Shown here: positions 49,425-61,792 of the stretch, in pieces
Position numbering within the stretch: position 1 is the first letter of the stretch
How the letters are laid out: each line of letters opens with the position of its first letter
Made by a program: the position numbers and the translations under genes
Source of the DNA: Lama glama
Lineage: Eukaryota
Reading direction: 5' to 3'
NCBI GenBank assembly: GCA_028534125.1
Contig: CM052817.1
Coordinates: 43,464,001 to 43,528,000, forward strand
DNA: 64,000 bases
Notes under the pieces: generated by a model
The model's database searches: none
Told to the model about the DNA's origin: nothing
What the model saw: the letters and a program-made list of their open reading frames with translations, nothing else

Positions 49425-49566
49425 ACTCAAACTAAGGTCTGTGAACCAACGTCAGCCTCACCTGGAACGTGTTAAAATACAGATGCTCAGACCCCACCTC
49501 AGACCGTTCATCTGAATCCATATTTTAACAAGATTCCCAGGAGATTCCTATGAGAAGTTCCACTCT
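49425..49566. mobile_element. MER5A/MER5A1-like hAT-Charlie MITE
   Basis: 'cacctggaacgtgttaaaatacagatgctcagaccccacctcagacc...ttttaacaagattcccagg'. Confidence 0.65.
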
Positions 49567-50152
49567 AGAGCAACCTCAACTAAAAGCTGGGTTTTCAAAA
49601 TAGTTGAATCCTTTAAAAAAAAAATCTTCAATAAGAGTAGAAGGAAACTCTGAGACTGAGTTGAGCAATCTGACGTGATCCAAGGACCATCCATGGGAGA
49701 GAGGAGGGGCCTCCTACTGACCAGAGCCCCAGATCCTTCCTACCGTCCATCCACCCATCCACATGGGCTGCACAGTCACTATATGACTCCAGGAGGCACC
49801 AGTCACATAAACTACTGTGAGAACAGTGCCCCTGGTGTTGGGTATTTCTTGGGTTTTCTATTTGTTTTAGAAAGTAGAATCCATCAATGCTAGTAAACAA
49901 TTAGTTAAACTGGTGAGATAAATGCTGAATAAAATCACTAAAATCCTTCTTTAAGCTAATACTCAAGATTGATATTTAATAAACGGGCACAATTTTGGTT
50001 GATTACTGACGATGCCTTCAAATTATCTCTTACAATTAGTAACAGATTTTATTTTGTACCAGCAATTCTGGTCACACTTTGAAAACACAGAGGCCATGTG
50101 AAAAAGAAGCATCATGTTAGAGTCCCACCTTCTGAAATAACCAAGTTCATTT

Positions 50153-50291
50153 TTGGGGGGAGGGGGAAGCCATTAGGTCTTATTTATATACTAATTTTGC
50201 TTTTTTTTTAAATGAAGGCACTAGAGAGTGAACTCAGGACCTCATGCATGTCTAAGCATGCACTCTACCACTGAGCTACACCCTCCCCCTC
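50153..50291 (-). mobile_element. Camelid Vic-1-type tRNA-derived SINE
   Basis: Reverse complement reads gggggagggtgtagctcagtggtagagtgcatgcttag...gaggtcctgagttcac, with A and B boxes and an A-rich tail. Perfect 12-bp TSD ccaagttcattt at 50141-50152 and 50292-50303. Confidence 0.88.
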
Positions 50292-51038
50292 CCAAGTTCA
50301 TTTCTGAGAATGAGTCAAAAATACAGGACAAACACATGCAGGTTTCCGTACCCTTCCCACCAAAGCACTTTTGCTTTGGAGCCCACCTCAGCTAGCCCCT
50401 GCCTTCCTCACTCCCTGGCTGTGGGCTTCACAGTACGGACCACGAGCCAAGTGTACATATACCATGGGCTTTGTTGCTGGTGTTGTTATTCATTTATTTA
50501 CTCACTGTCTGTCTCTCTCACCAGCATATAAATTCCAGGAGAGCAGGAATTTCCTTTGACTCATTCACACGTGCACCCCAAGTGCCTAGACAATGCCTGG
50601 TACCCACAAAACATTCAATAAACATTTATAGAAGGAATGAATCAAGACAGATCGTTCTCTGGCTAATAATAAACAATATCTCTTTGGTCACTGTTTGTTA
50701 ATGTTGTATTTTTTGTCTTTCTGTCACAGACTTGGATCTTAGTCAGATATCTTGAGTAAATTTGCTTCATCTTCCACAAGATCCTTCCTGGATTGTCATA
50801 GAGCTCTAGAGTAGAAACTTTTATAATAACTTCTGACAATATTCAGACTCCAAGTAAATTGCTTCTCCCTCTAATGCATCTGCCTCTCACTTTCATTAGC
50901 CGCAGTCATATTCTAATCACTCTGTGCTGCAGTCTCAGAGAGGAAGAGGGAGAGTTCCAGAAAACAGTCGCTTTTTTCTTCTTTATGAAAAGCTTAGCGA
51001 TCAAAAGGGCTGTAAAATCAACTCTCAGTGGCGCACGT

Positions 51039-51066
51039 GCACACACACACACACACACACACACAC
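51039..51066. repeat. (CA)n microsatellite
   Basis: Directly visible. Confidence 0.95.
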
Positions 51067-51719
51067 CCCCAACTCTAACCTTTCAAAATGTTCTTTGAAG
51101 AGGCAAGGGTGTTTCTTGGAATGTGAGGAGGGGAGCCCAGTGCAATCTCACAGGGCTCCCAGGCCTGATTTCAGAGACAACACTTCAGCAGAATCGAAAA
51201 TGAACAGATTGTGGGGAGGCAGAAAGGTTTCCTGAGATACGGGATGAGTGACAGGGAATACATCAATCAACACACTCAGGTAAGGTTGGAAACAATCGGT
51301 GGTTACGCTCAGTTTCCCAGTGGAATCTTGGGCAACTCAATTAACCTCCCTCTCCCACATTCTCATCACTTATAAATTGAGTACAGCAATCTGCCTAGCA
51401 GAGATTGTGTGGGATTTGGTAATAAATATGAGTAGAGGGCTATATGTGTGATACCTAATAATATTATGTTAATTAGCTTAAAATCATGGGGCTACACGGG
51501 GCCTCAAGAGGTCAGTCTAGCCCTTTCACACGGGACCACAACTAAACCATTCCAGAGGGATTAGATTCTAATCCTTTTTAAGAGGTGTCTATATAAAGGG
51601 ATTCCCAGAAACCCCCTCCCCTTTGTCAAAGATGCTTTCTTAAATTAAAGATGTCTCAGTCCTGCAGCATTGGTATGCTGTGCTTTTGCCCCTTCAGTGA
51701 CCATATGATAGCAGCATCC

Positions 51720-51950
51720 TGGTGTAGAGAGAGCATGGATGCTGGAGTCAGGCTGACTCAAATCCCCACTGGACTCTACTCTGTGCTGGCTACATGGCAT
51801 TGAGCAAGTTACAGCCTTAACTTCCTCCAGCCTCAGTTTCTTCTCCTCTAAAATGGTTGTCCCACTAGGAAAAAAAATAATAAATAAAATAAAATCGTTG
51901 TCCTATTGACCCTGTAAGGTTGGTATCAGGACCAAGTGAAAAGAACAAGC
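51720..51950 (+). mobile_element. MIR SINE
   Basis: 'gagagcatggatgctggagtcaggctg...ttgagcaagttac...gcctcagtttcttctcctctaaaatgg'. Confidence 0.65.
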
Positions 51951-53439
51951 CACTTCTCATGATGTCTGCAGTACCGTGTGCACCGAATCAACAGGAACAT
52001 TATTTTCTGGCTGAACGACCCTGGTTACTCTAATTTTTATTAACAATTTAACTCTCAAAATGTTAAGCATTTTTGTGTCTCTTTTCTGATCCTTCTCCAA
52101 ATTCCCTATTTTTTATTTTTAATATAATGTTCAAAATCATAGGAAAAGGCTAACTACGCTGAATAGCCTGGGAAGATTTCTTCTTTACTTCTCCTGGGAT
52201 CAGAAGGGAAGGCTGTGTGATAAGCCTTGGGAAGGCACTGGGACTCTTAGTGACAAAGATTCCCATATTTCACAAGTGGTAGTGGAAACAAAGCCACAGG
52301 AGTTGAAGGGACCACAGGGAGTTTGGGCGATGCACAATGGGTAGAAACCAGCGTGTCTGGAGAGAACAGACCCTTCTTCAATTCTAGGCACCAGGCAAAC
52401 CCCTGTAGCCTAGTGCCTCCCAGGGAGCAGGTGGTTACCCCTATAATATTCCTGAACACCCGAGTATATGGCCTGAGATTTATACCAGTTGATCATGGGG
52501 GCTTTACAATTGACCAAGCACTTACACGCTCTGCACTTCCTTTGATCCCGGCAAAAAACTTGTGTGAAAAATAATTATCCCTCTTCTAATGCTGTGAATA
52601 CAAAGGCTCAGAGAGCTTACGTGTCTGGCCTGGGGTCTCGGTATTCAAATTCTGCATATTTTCTACTGTGCCATAAACTCCTGTGTCCAAAATCTTTTCA
52701 TCTAACCTTGAAATCCAGCATTTCCACATGAGGGTATATTCCAATGTAAAATTGAAGCCACTTCAATAAGTGGGCTTGTAAAATACAAAACTGAATCTGC
52801 AGGATGCTTACGGTTAGGTTGCAAAAATAAAAACTCAAAGCTATGCACAGGGAAAAAGACTTGGCTATATTACAGAAAAATGGTAAAGGCCATTGGGTTT
52901 AGGTGGTAGATGGTGAGTATATATATATATCCTGTTCATCTTCTCAACCACCTACAGATGACCAGGCTACTGAGTCAAATTATTCAGGAGGGCATCAATT
53001 CTCTGTAGATGATATGCCAAGACAATGGCGGGAATCACTTTTAAATTTTGACAGAAGTCCAGATTTTGCCCTGAAGGGACCAATTCATATTCAGAGCAGC
53101 AAATTAGAACAAATAAATGGAATTCTACAGCGAGCTCTGGGTCTGTCTCAGCTACTTACACTGTCTCTGAAAGAATCCCTCCCTGGAATTTCTGAGTGTG
53201 ACTCTGGGGACAGAGGGGTAAGAGCTGTTCACTCTTTAAGATCATCCATTACTCACAAAGGGAAGGAGGCCATCAGTGGGCCACTCTTTCGCATGCCGGT
53301 CTTTGGTTCCATCCACAAGCATCCAGGAACCATTGTAACAGGAAAACTAAGATCTTCTGGCTTTGGCCCCACCTCACAGGATCTCTTAAGAGGTGAGCCC
53401 AGAAGCTACCCAACATGTCCTCAAATTGGGCTTACTCAC

Positions 53440-53616
53440 CTTCACACAGCCCCGTGTTCTCCAAGTAAAAATGGGCTCTGCACTGGGGCAGGCACTCGCC
53501 AGAGGTGATGTTTGCCCCAGACAGCTGCTCAGCTTGCAGTCCTTCCTCTGGCTTCTTGCACTGGGTGCACTGAGAGGGCTGCGGACCCACACAAGTCAGG
53601 CAAGAGAAATGACAGG
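53440..53616 (-). CDS. FRAS1: FRAS1 exon (approx. exon 18), 177 nt, furin-like repeat with a long loop
   Basis: Acceptor GCAG, donor GTGAGT. Encodes ACHFSCLTCVGPQPSQCTQCKKPEEGLQAEQLSGANITSGECLPQCRAHFYLENTGLCE. Confidence 0.95.
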
Positions 53617-54915
53617 CTGCCAATAGGAATAAAATGCAAAAAACAATCTAAGGTTCATGTACATGTTGCCACCAAGGGGAGACCCTAATTAAATCAAAAC
53701 TACTTAGACCAGTTCACCAGATACATCCTTTCAGAAAACTGTTTTTCCTGCATTCTATACAAAGCACAGGGTGATAACATTACTATTTGTGAGAGGCCAT
53801 ATGAAGGTGATGTTAACTAGTCAAATCTCTCGGGTCCTGAAAGGGCTGCCAGACTAGATCATGGAAAAAAAATATAGCACACTGGACAATATTGGCTTGG
53901 TTCTCCAGAGATTCACATATAGTGGATAACGATTTAACATTATGGCCTCAGTTTTTATGGACGATTTTAAGAAGCATTCCTATAAAGGCCATTACTGTAT
54001 TTTTGGCAAAAATGGTAGTTGTGTTACTGTCCATTATGTCATCCATCACCCACTAAAGAGGGGTCCAGGCAACAAATTTCTCTAAGAATTTATGTGAGAA
54101 AAGGCTGCTCTTCTAGACAAGGAAGAGGCCCCTTTGGAGCAGCAACAAGAATTTGACAATCCATCACGGTTTCTGGTTTTCCTTGGCTACTGGTGAAAAT
54201 CCGAGCCCAAGAGAGTACTCAGAATTTCTCACACCCACGTTCTGATGTAATAAACTCTCCTGTACTTTAAAAGATTCTCTAAATTTTCTTTTTGAGAATA
54301 TTTATTGCAGCTGCCCTGTTTTAAGTACATTTTTCTGCTAACTGTCCTCATATTCTTTTCCAAGGTGCCCTATGTATAAATAAATGTAAATTAACTTCAC
54401 TTAATTAAAATGTTTGCTCCCAATGTTCTAGTTTCAAAAGGCTCAAATGAATCTGCCTTCCCAATGAGCCCAAAGCCTTTTTGGCAAACAGGTATTTAAG
54501 ATTTTCCATTTTATTTCAGCCCAGAGGCATTGCTAGTAACTCTCAGTTTGCTCAGCGATATCATTAACAAGAAGAAGTTCTTCAGGGAAAAACAAAATGA
54601 ACACTAAGAAAACCATTAGCACATCTTGGAGAATAGAAAAAGGAGGAAATAAGAGTTGGGTTTTGTGTTAATGTACGGTGAATTCCTCTTAAGGATGGCC
54701 AGAAAAATCAAGACCTTTTGGATGTCTTCACAAATATTCCAATGTGATTTTTTTTTTCAGATTATCCCTTAGTAATGGGAAAAAAAAAAAAAGGCATGTA
54801 ATGCATACATAACCATATGGGATACACTAGAGGAAAAGTTGCCCTGGAAAGTAACTTCAATCTACATCCTTGTGATGGGAGAGTCTCTCAAGAATGGGGA
54901 TGACGCCAACGATAC

Positions 54916-55056
54916 CTTTGCAGACCCCGCGGTGGGGGTAGAAGCCCTCTCCGCAGCTGGGCAGGCAGTGGCCTTGGCGCAGAGCCTGGGGGGCGCTGCA
55001 GGCAGTACACTGAGAGGCGGCAGGGCCGGAGCAGCTGGCACACGAGTGGTGACACA
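54916..55056 (-). CDS. FRAS1: FRAS1 exon (approx. exon 17), 141 nt, furin-like repeat
   Basis: Acceptor TCAG, donor GTATCG. Encodes VCHHSCASCSGPAASQCTACSAPQALRQGHCLPSCGEGFYPHRGVCK. Confidence 0.95.
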
Positions 55057-55289
55057 CTGAGGAAGAGAGTGCGGGGGACACGTGGGACTGAGGTGACTAA
55101 GAAGCCTACGTCTTGGCTGGGCTCCTTATATGCACTCTCACTCAGTTCTCTCACTCAGTTCTCTAGCTGTCACACCAAATCAAGGGAAAAGACACGTTCA
55201 GAGGTGGTAATATCACCAGAACCGCCCATATTGCTCCTTTACCCATCTGTCACCCATGTGCTAGCTATGATTTATTAGCTACCCTTTAC

Positions 55290-55485
55290 TTAGCATTTGA
55301 ACTAAGTGTCATACATATATTGCACTTTTTAATCTTCATAGCAACGTTATGAGGTAGGTACTATGAACCCCATTTTGCAGATGAGAAAACTGAAGTCATA
55401 GAAAGTTAAAAAAAATTGACTCAGGATCACAGAGTTAATTCGTAGCAGAGCTGAGATTTAGCCCTAGGCTTGCCTGAACCTAAAA
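55290..55485 (-). mobile_element. MIR SINE
   Basis: 'tttaatcttcatagcaacgttatgaggtaggtactatgaaccccattttgcagatgagaaaactgaag'. Confidence 0.75.
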
Positions 55486-56611
55486 CTGCCCATGTGAATA
55501 GGGAAGAGTGGAAAGTTCATGGCTCTGGGTGTTGGGAGCACTGGCATTTTTGACTGGTTTGTCTGTTAACTTATGCCCTTAGCCAAGTCTGAGTCTCTCC
55601 AGGCCTAGTTTCTTTGGCATATGCACAGTGAGAGGCTGGACCAAATGGTCATTTCAAATACTTACAGCTGGACATTCTAGGATCCTAAATAAGAATTATA
55701 TGAAAGAATCTGAGCACTACATGTGATGATGTCAGCACGCATCTCCACTGCTTTGGTTCTGGGGGTAGCGGTGGGACACCTCTGACTCTAAGAGACAGGT
55801 GGTACCATGCCATCCTAACAGACAGCAGTGAGATACTGAAAGAAGGCTCAGAGGACAAGGGTCAGGAGCTGGGAGAGGGGAGTGTGGAGACAGGATGAGC
55901 CTGTTGGGGGCAGAATATCAAGGAAAAGGGATGGACAAACACTGGATGAGTAAAGAGGTTGGCAAATAAACAGGAGGTTGAAAAGACAAGGTTGTGAGAC
56001 CAATCTAAATACCCTGCCACTGACAGACACTACAGGTGGAAGTAAGAATATGTGTGTTTGTTTTGGAGAAGAGGGGCAATCAAAATATCACAGGCAGCAA
56101 TAAGTTACCACCTCAAGTGGGAATGTCTCCTAGTTTAAGTTGTGTAAGTCTGAAAGAAACACTATGGATAGCACATAAAACCAAATTTTCAATAGATACA
56201 GACTTTAGCTTTACAAGCTATCAAACCTGGTTTACTTGTTTTATTTTTATGGTGTGCTGTAGTTGCCAATATATGTGTTTATAAATGCCATCTAAGGAAT
56301 GATTCTGTCATACCTACAATGTAAGTTAGTGATGGTTTACAAGTACACAAGGACTGTACAAAGATACTGAAGGTGTTCTTGGCATTTCAAAAAGACCCAA
56401 TGATCTCTAATGATGATTGATATGTATAAGTCCTGTATTTAATCGCTCTAGTCCTCCAGCATCCACCATATTTCCTGCTCCCATACCAGATCCACGTAGG
56501 TTCTATAAGGAAAAGCAACTCCTTTTAATTTGACAATTTCCCATCATATATGCAAATTTCCAAATGAGCAGCATGCAGCAGCAAGCATAATCAAACGTGT
56601 TACATACTTTT

Positions 56612-56648
56612 TGATGATGAAGATGGTGATGATGATGATGATGATGAT
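56612..56648. repeat. (GAT)n trinucleotide microsatellite about 30 nt into the intron after the exon at 56679
   Basis: gatgatgaagatggtgatgatgatgatgatgatgat. Confidence 0.9.
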
Positions 56649-56678
56649 ATAACCATTTAACCATTACCCATGTCATAC

Positions 56679-56819
56679 CTTTGCATCTGCCCATGGCATC
56701 AGCGTAGTAGCCATCAGGGCATTCAGAAATGCACTTCCCATCATGCAACACCGTCTTCTCAGCACAGGTGAGACATCTGGGACTACTGGGGCCACAACTC
56801 TTACAGGATTGATCACAAG
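56679..56819 (-). CDS. FRAS1: FRAS1 exon (approx. exon 16), 141 nt, furin-like repeat
   Basis: Acceptor AG at 56821-56820, donor GTATGA after 56679. Encodes (A)CDQSCKSCGPSSPRCLTCAEKTVLHDGKCISECPDGYYADAMGRCK. Phase 1-1. Confidence 0.95.
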
Positions 56820-57104
56820 CTAAAAGGGGAGGAAAACTCATCAGAGAAAATCAATAGTGAGCAAAGGGAGCAGAGAAAGTCTATTCTTTACAACATCCAC
56901 AGTTGATACCAACATAATAATCACATTCTCTGGCTGCTCAGCTGAGTTCTATTTCCTTGATTCCAACATTTCTATCTTCACAGTTGAAGGAGAACCAACT
57001 AATTATTCATCGAACTAAGCATAACAAATACTGAGGCCCACCTATCCAACATATTAAGTGTATCCAACTTAATATGGGACTTAAAGTCAAAATGGTTTTG
57101 GCGG

Positions 57105-57237
57105 TAGGGTTGCCAGATTTAGCAAATAAAAATATCGGACGCCCAGCTAAATCTGAATTTCCAGATAAATAATGAATAAATTTTTTAGTTTATGTTTGTC
57201 CCAAATATTTCATTCTGTGTTTTATCTGACAACCTTA
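57105..57237. mobile_element. MER53-like hAT MITE, internally deleted
   Basis: TIRs tagggttgccagat and atctgacaacctta; body 'ttagcaaataaaaatatcggacgcccagctaaatctgaattt'. Confidence 0.8.
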
Positions 57238-57339
57238 GTTGGAGAGAGAATTCAGAAATTCAGAGTTCTACTAAGCAAGGTCATGCTACAAAAATTAGGT
57301 AGAAATTGCTGAACTTCACACAACCTTCCAGGATCTATT

Positions 57340-58560
57340 CATTCACTTATTCATTCATTTAGCCCCCAAAACACTTCTTAAGCTATGTGTTAGGTCCTGT
57401 GTCAGGTGGTAGAGACACAAAAGCCAAATCAACTTGGTCTCTACTTTAAGGGACCTATTAGTCTGCCAGAGGGAGATAAACACGTGTAATATTAGGAATA
57501 CTAAACACATCACTTAGTAGGCACAAGAAACATTCCAACAAAATGTGTGTGGGGTAGGCGGTATGAAAGGTCAAGAAAGGGTTCAGAGAAGAAATGACCC
57601 TTGAGCGCTGTCTTGGAAAGTGAGTCAGAGAACGCCAGGCTGATGGGAATGTACTCCTGGCTGAAGCAGCAAGGCAAGCGCAGGCCCAGACCCCAGGAGA
57701 ATGCTGGGAACCAGCAGTTCCGGTCAGCTGAGATAGTGTGAAGGGCCAGATTATGGAAACTACGCCAGACTAGTCTAGTGGAGATTCTCATCCCGTCAAA
57801 GACACGGGGAGCCCTTACACAGTTTTAAACACAGTAGAAATGGGGTCATGTTTGCGTATAAGAAAGATCACTTTGGCTTCAGTTTGGAGACAGCTGGGTG
57901 AGGTGAGAAAGGAGAGTTGGGGGCCTGGCTGGAAGATGGTGGCGATGCTCACAGAACGCGATGATTGGGAGTTGAATCAAGGCTGTGAATGAGGTGACAG
58001 ATTTGAGAGTAGTGCGGGGAAAAGTGTCTCAAATGGCTTCCAGGGCTCTGGCGTGGGGATGAGTGACACCACTCAAGGAACCCAAAAAGGAGGGTAGGTG
58101 TGGGGGATTAGGATGGGCTCGCTTTGGCATATGTGTGGCCCCGCAAACAGCCTGAGTTATAATTCTGGGACTCAAGAAAGAGGCCTGGGGGTCATTACAG
58201 GGAGGTGGTTGCTGAAATCAGAAATGAGTCGATTTATTTAGTAAAAGCAGGAAGGATTAGATAGAAGTAGTCAAAGATTAAGAGAACACCAAAAGTCACT
58301 GAGGGAAGGAAAAACTAGCAAAAGTGACCAAGAAGAAGTGATCCAAAGGTAGGAGAGAAAAACAGGAGTATGGTGGCTGAGAATCCAAGAGTGAAAAAAG
58401 TTCAAGAAGGAAGACATTTACAGTACAGAGAGGACAAATAAAATCTGAAGAAGGTTCACTTCCCTTAGAAATTGGGACCTGGTGACCTGTGCCACAACCA
58501 TCTCAGTGGATTCATCAGACAGAATGGGAGTGAAGGCCATGATTATAAACTGTTCCTTTA
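57340..58560 (-). mobile_element. L2 LINE remnant
   Basis: Starts with a reversed L2 tail (attcattcacttattcattcattt), then purine-rich L2 text 'agaaagatcactttggcttcagtttggaga'. Confidence 0.6.
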
Positions 58561-59559
58561 CAACGATATTAAACTCTCACTCATTCTTAGTGAGAAAGTG
58601 GTCTTTCCATTTTTTATATATTCTTTACATAAATATGTCCTTTACTCATATACATATATATCCTTTTGTTTTTATATAAATGTTAGCATATTATGTGGTT
58701 TATTTCCCTTTTTAAAACTTTGTGATAGTTCTTGGATTTGTATCAATACATAGAAATAAATCCATCTCCTTCTTCTTTAACTGTCAAATAATAAACAAAC
58801 AAAATAAACAAACTGTTCCTTTAAAGGCGCTTGGCTCTGAACAGAAGGGCACAGACAGGAAATAATTAAAAGGGTAACAAGATATTTTGTCTCTCCAATA
58901 CTGTAAAAGCCGAAGGCCAATACAGACCCTGGCAGAGGTTTTTAACAAGAGAAGAGTTTGAATAATCGTTGAAAGCATATCTAGGAGAAAAAGGGGAATT
59001 ACATTCAAAAGCACAGATGGGGAGATTAGCCTTGAACAGAACAGAGGAAGTCCTCCTTTCCTGAGAGCGGAAGCGACGGGAGGGTGAATGCAGCTGCAGG
59101 TAAGCCTATGACTCAGTTGACTCCATACTCATTGGCTAAATTCTTTAAAAACAAGCAAAGCAAATCTCTTCTCACTACCAGAGACTCAATGTTTGAGGTA
59201 TAGAGAACTATGAAGATTTATTCTGTCTGTTCTTTTAATCTACCAACACTGTTCTAACCTCCTGAAAAATATTTTACGAACTTGAGAAAAAAGATGGCAA
59301 GTGATGAGGCCAAATGTTCCATCCTGCATCCTGGAGGATCTGGCACCTCTAGAAGCAAACATGTAAGGCAACTTCATCTTCAGTAAATGGATAAAGGCCC
59401 TGGCCTTCATATCAGTGAAGAAGAAAGTCAGCCTCTCAACTCATAACTGGAACAAAGAAGCAAAAATGAATCCAAAAAGCACTCTCCCCTCCCACCCTCC
59501 AAAACTTCTGAAGTTTCTAACTCTAGAACTGACATCTCAAGGTACACCTAAAGTAATAC

Positions 59560-59980
59560 TTGGAGTATTATTTGTAAATTTAAATAAAATTATTAGGAAG
59601 ATGTCATTTCTCCTCCAAACTAGCCTACAGTTCAATACAATATTAACAAAACTTCCAGTTAAATTTTATTAGGAATTCAATAAACATACTCCAAAGTTCA
59701 TGAATAGTTAACTTTGCAAATGAGGGGAAAAAAGGGAGAATTTGCCCAATTAGACACTGAGATGTATTGGAAAGCAATAGAAATAAATGAACAAAACAAT
59801 GTGATAGTAGTACAAGAATAGAAATTTAGACTACTGAAATAGCTCAGAGATAGACCTACATGCATATAGAAATTTAATATACAATAAAGGTCAATGGAGA
59901 AGGTTACACTGAATTATTAGATGATTCTGTGGAAACTGGATCATGAAATTGAGAGAAGTCAAACTAGATCCCTACTTAAA

Positions 59981-60023
<43 letters not shown>

Positions 60024-60975
60024 ATATATATATATATGTATATAAGTGGACTCCAGATGGATCAACAGTCAACATAAAAATAAAACTGTGAAATTAATAG
60101 AATTTTTTCTATTAATTATAGGATAATTTCTTTGTGAAATTGAGCAGAATAGGTCTTCTTAGACAAAAATTCAAAAGCAAAATGTTAAAGTAAGAAATGA
60201 TGAATTAAGAGATTTCTGTTCAGCAAAGTGTACCACAAAAGGTAACAAAATGGGAAAATAATTGCATAGTTAAGAATGACACAGTAAAGATCTATAACAT
60301 GCAAGGAACTCCATAAAATTAACAATAAAAAGGCAGCAAGGCTAATAAAACAATGGAGAAAACATTAAAAAGCAATTTATTGAGGGGGAAACACAGAAGT
60401 CCAACAAGAATTGATGATAACCGCAAACTCATTAATAATCAGAAAAATGAAAATAAAAATGGGATGTCCCTGTATACCTATTGAAAAAACCTGAAGCTTG
60501 ATAATGCCAAATGGCGGCAAGGATGTGGGGGTGAGAGAACCCTTACCTTTGGGAGTGTAGATGCTGGTGAGCTACCCGGCACTACTTAGTTACATAAAGC
60601 ACATGCGGAGTCAAGAAATCATCAGTTCTGCTCCTGGGTTGTCCATCTATCCCAGGGAACCTCCCACCCAGGTTCATCAATGGACATGTTTGAAGTGTTC
60701 ATGGGTCCTCTCTAGTGATGGTGTCTGTCCCTGGGAGAGTGGATGGGTGTGGGGGACGCAGACCAGGAAGGACTATGTAGCATGAGAAGCAAAGGGCTAG
60801 ACAGTCTAACAACGTGGGCAAATCTGAAAAACACACTGGTATGTGAAAAAAGAACCACATGAAGTCTGTAACATGGTATTATTTAAGAAAGATACACATT
60901 TACATATACTCACTGAAAACAATACCCATTTTGTATGAGCCCATAAAAACAAAAAGATAAAAAAAAATTAAAATT
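59560..60975 (+). mobile_element. Old L1 (L1MC/ME-like) ORF2 and 3' UTR remnant
   Basis: 'aaactagcctacagttcaatacaat', 'gctcagagatagacctacatgcatat', 'aaactagatccctactt', 'atcagaaaaatgaaaataaaa'. Highly degraded. Confidence 0.7.
59983..60043. repeat. (TA)n microsatellite
   Basis: Directly visible, with short interruptions. Confidence 0.95.
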
Positions 60976-61659
60976 GTTGCCTAAGTGAGGAAGGGAAATT
61001 GGTGTAAAAGGAAGCAAAGAAAGAGAAAAAGGGATAGGAGGAAGGAAGAAAGAGAGAAGGGCTAACAGAAACCTCTGAACTTGCTTTGATTTATTGTGTT
61101 AGCTAGAGTCAGACAAGCCCTGCATAATAGCACCGGTACTTAAATGACTAAAGAATGAGGAGGTTCTGTCCTTTGAATTTCCCCACCCTTTATACCTAAT
61201 ATTTGTAAAACTCAAAGCCTGTCCCAGAGACAAACTTGGTTGCTGTAAATTCTTTCAGCCAGAGCATAGCACCATTTATAACAGGTTGTGCTGGATTTTT
61301 CTCAGCACTCGACTTTGAGATTTCTACAGATATGGCTGCTTGGTTATAAATTATTAAACCAACACCAGCTGGTCTTTATCTCGAACAGCACTAATCTGAA
61401 TTGAAAGGAAGTCAGCATTATCAGCATCAGACGTCTTAATTAACATTCCGATACCGATCAGTGACTTGGCTCACCCTTATTTTAGAAAATATTTCTGTGA
61501 ACCTTTCTGAAGGCCTTTGATACAAACTTAGAGAACTCCAATAACCTTATGAAAAGTGTACATCCCAGCCTTGTGTATCAAAACGACCACTGGCCAACGT
61601 TAATGGCGGCACAAAGTCTTGTATTTGCCACACACGTGGCAGGTGTTCAGTAATTACCT

Positions 61660-61792
61660 CTTTTTGTTTATTTGTTTTTTCGGGGAGGTAATTCGGTTTA
61701 TGTATTTATTTTCATGGAGCTACTGGGGATTGAACCCAGGACTTCATGCATGCACACCAAGCATGTGCTCTACCCTGAGGTACAGCCACCCC
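61660..61792 (-). mobile_element. Camelid Vic-1-type tRNA-derived SINE
   Basis: 'tactggggattgaacccaggacttcatgcatgc...aagcatgtgctctaccctgaggtacagccacccc'. TSD cag(t/c)aattacct at 61648-61659 and 61793-61804. Confidence 0.85.

Noticed and set aside
50200..50291. Possible tRNA gene (also at 61715-61792)
   Set aside because: Has an A-rich tail, TSDs and degenerate stems, so it is a tRNA-derived SINE and not a functional tRNA.
52903..53508. Longest ORF in the track (201 aa, + strand)
   Set aside because: Starts with GTG, has no recognisable domain, and runs antisense across an intron/exon boundary of FRAS1. Consistent with a chance ORF.
9793..56819. Alternative identity as PCSK5/PCSK6 or another furin-repeat protein
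   Set aside because: The furin-like repeats run directly into CSPG/NG2 repeats, which is the FRAS1 architecture. FREM1/2/3 lack furin repeats.
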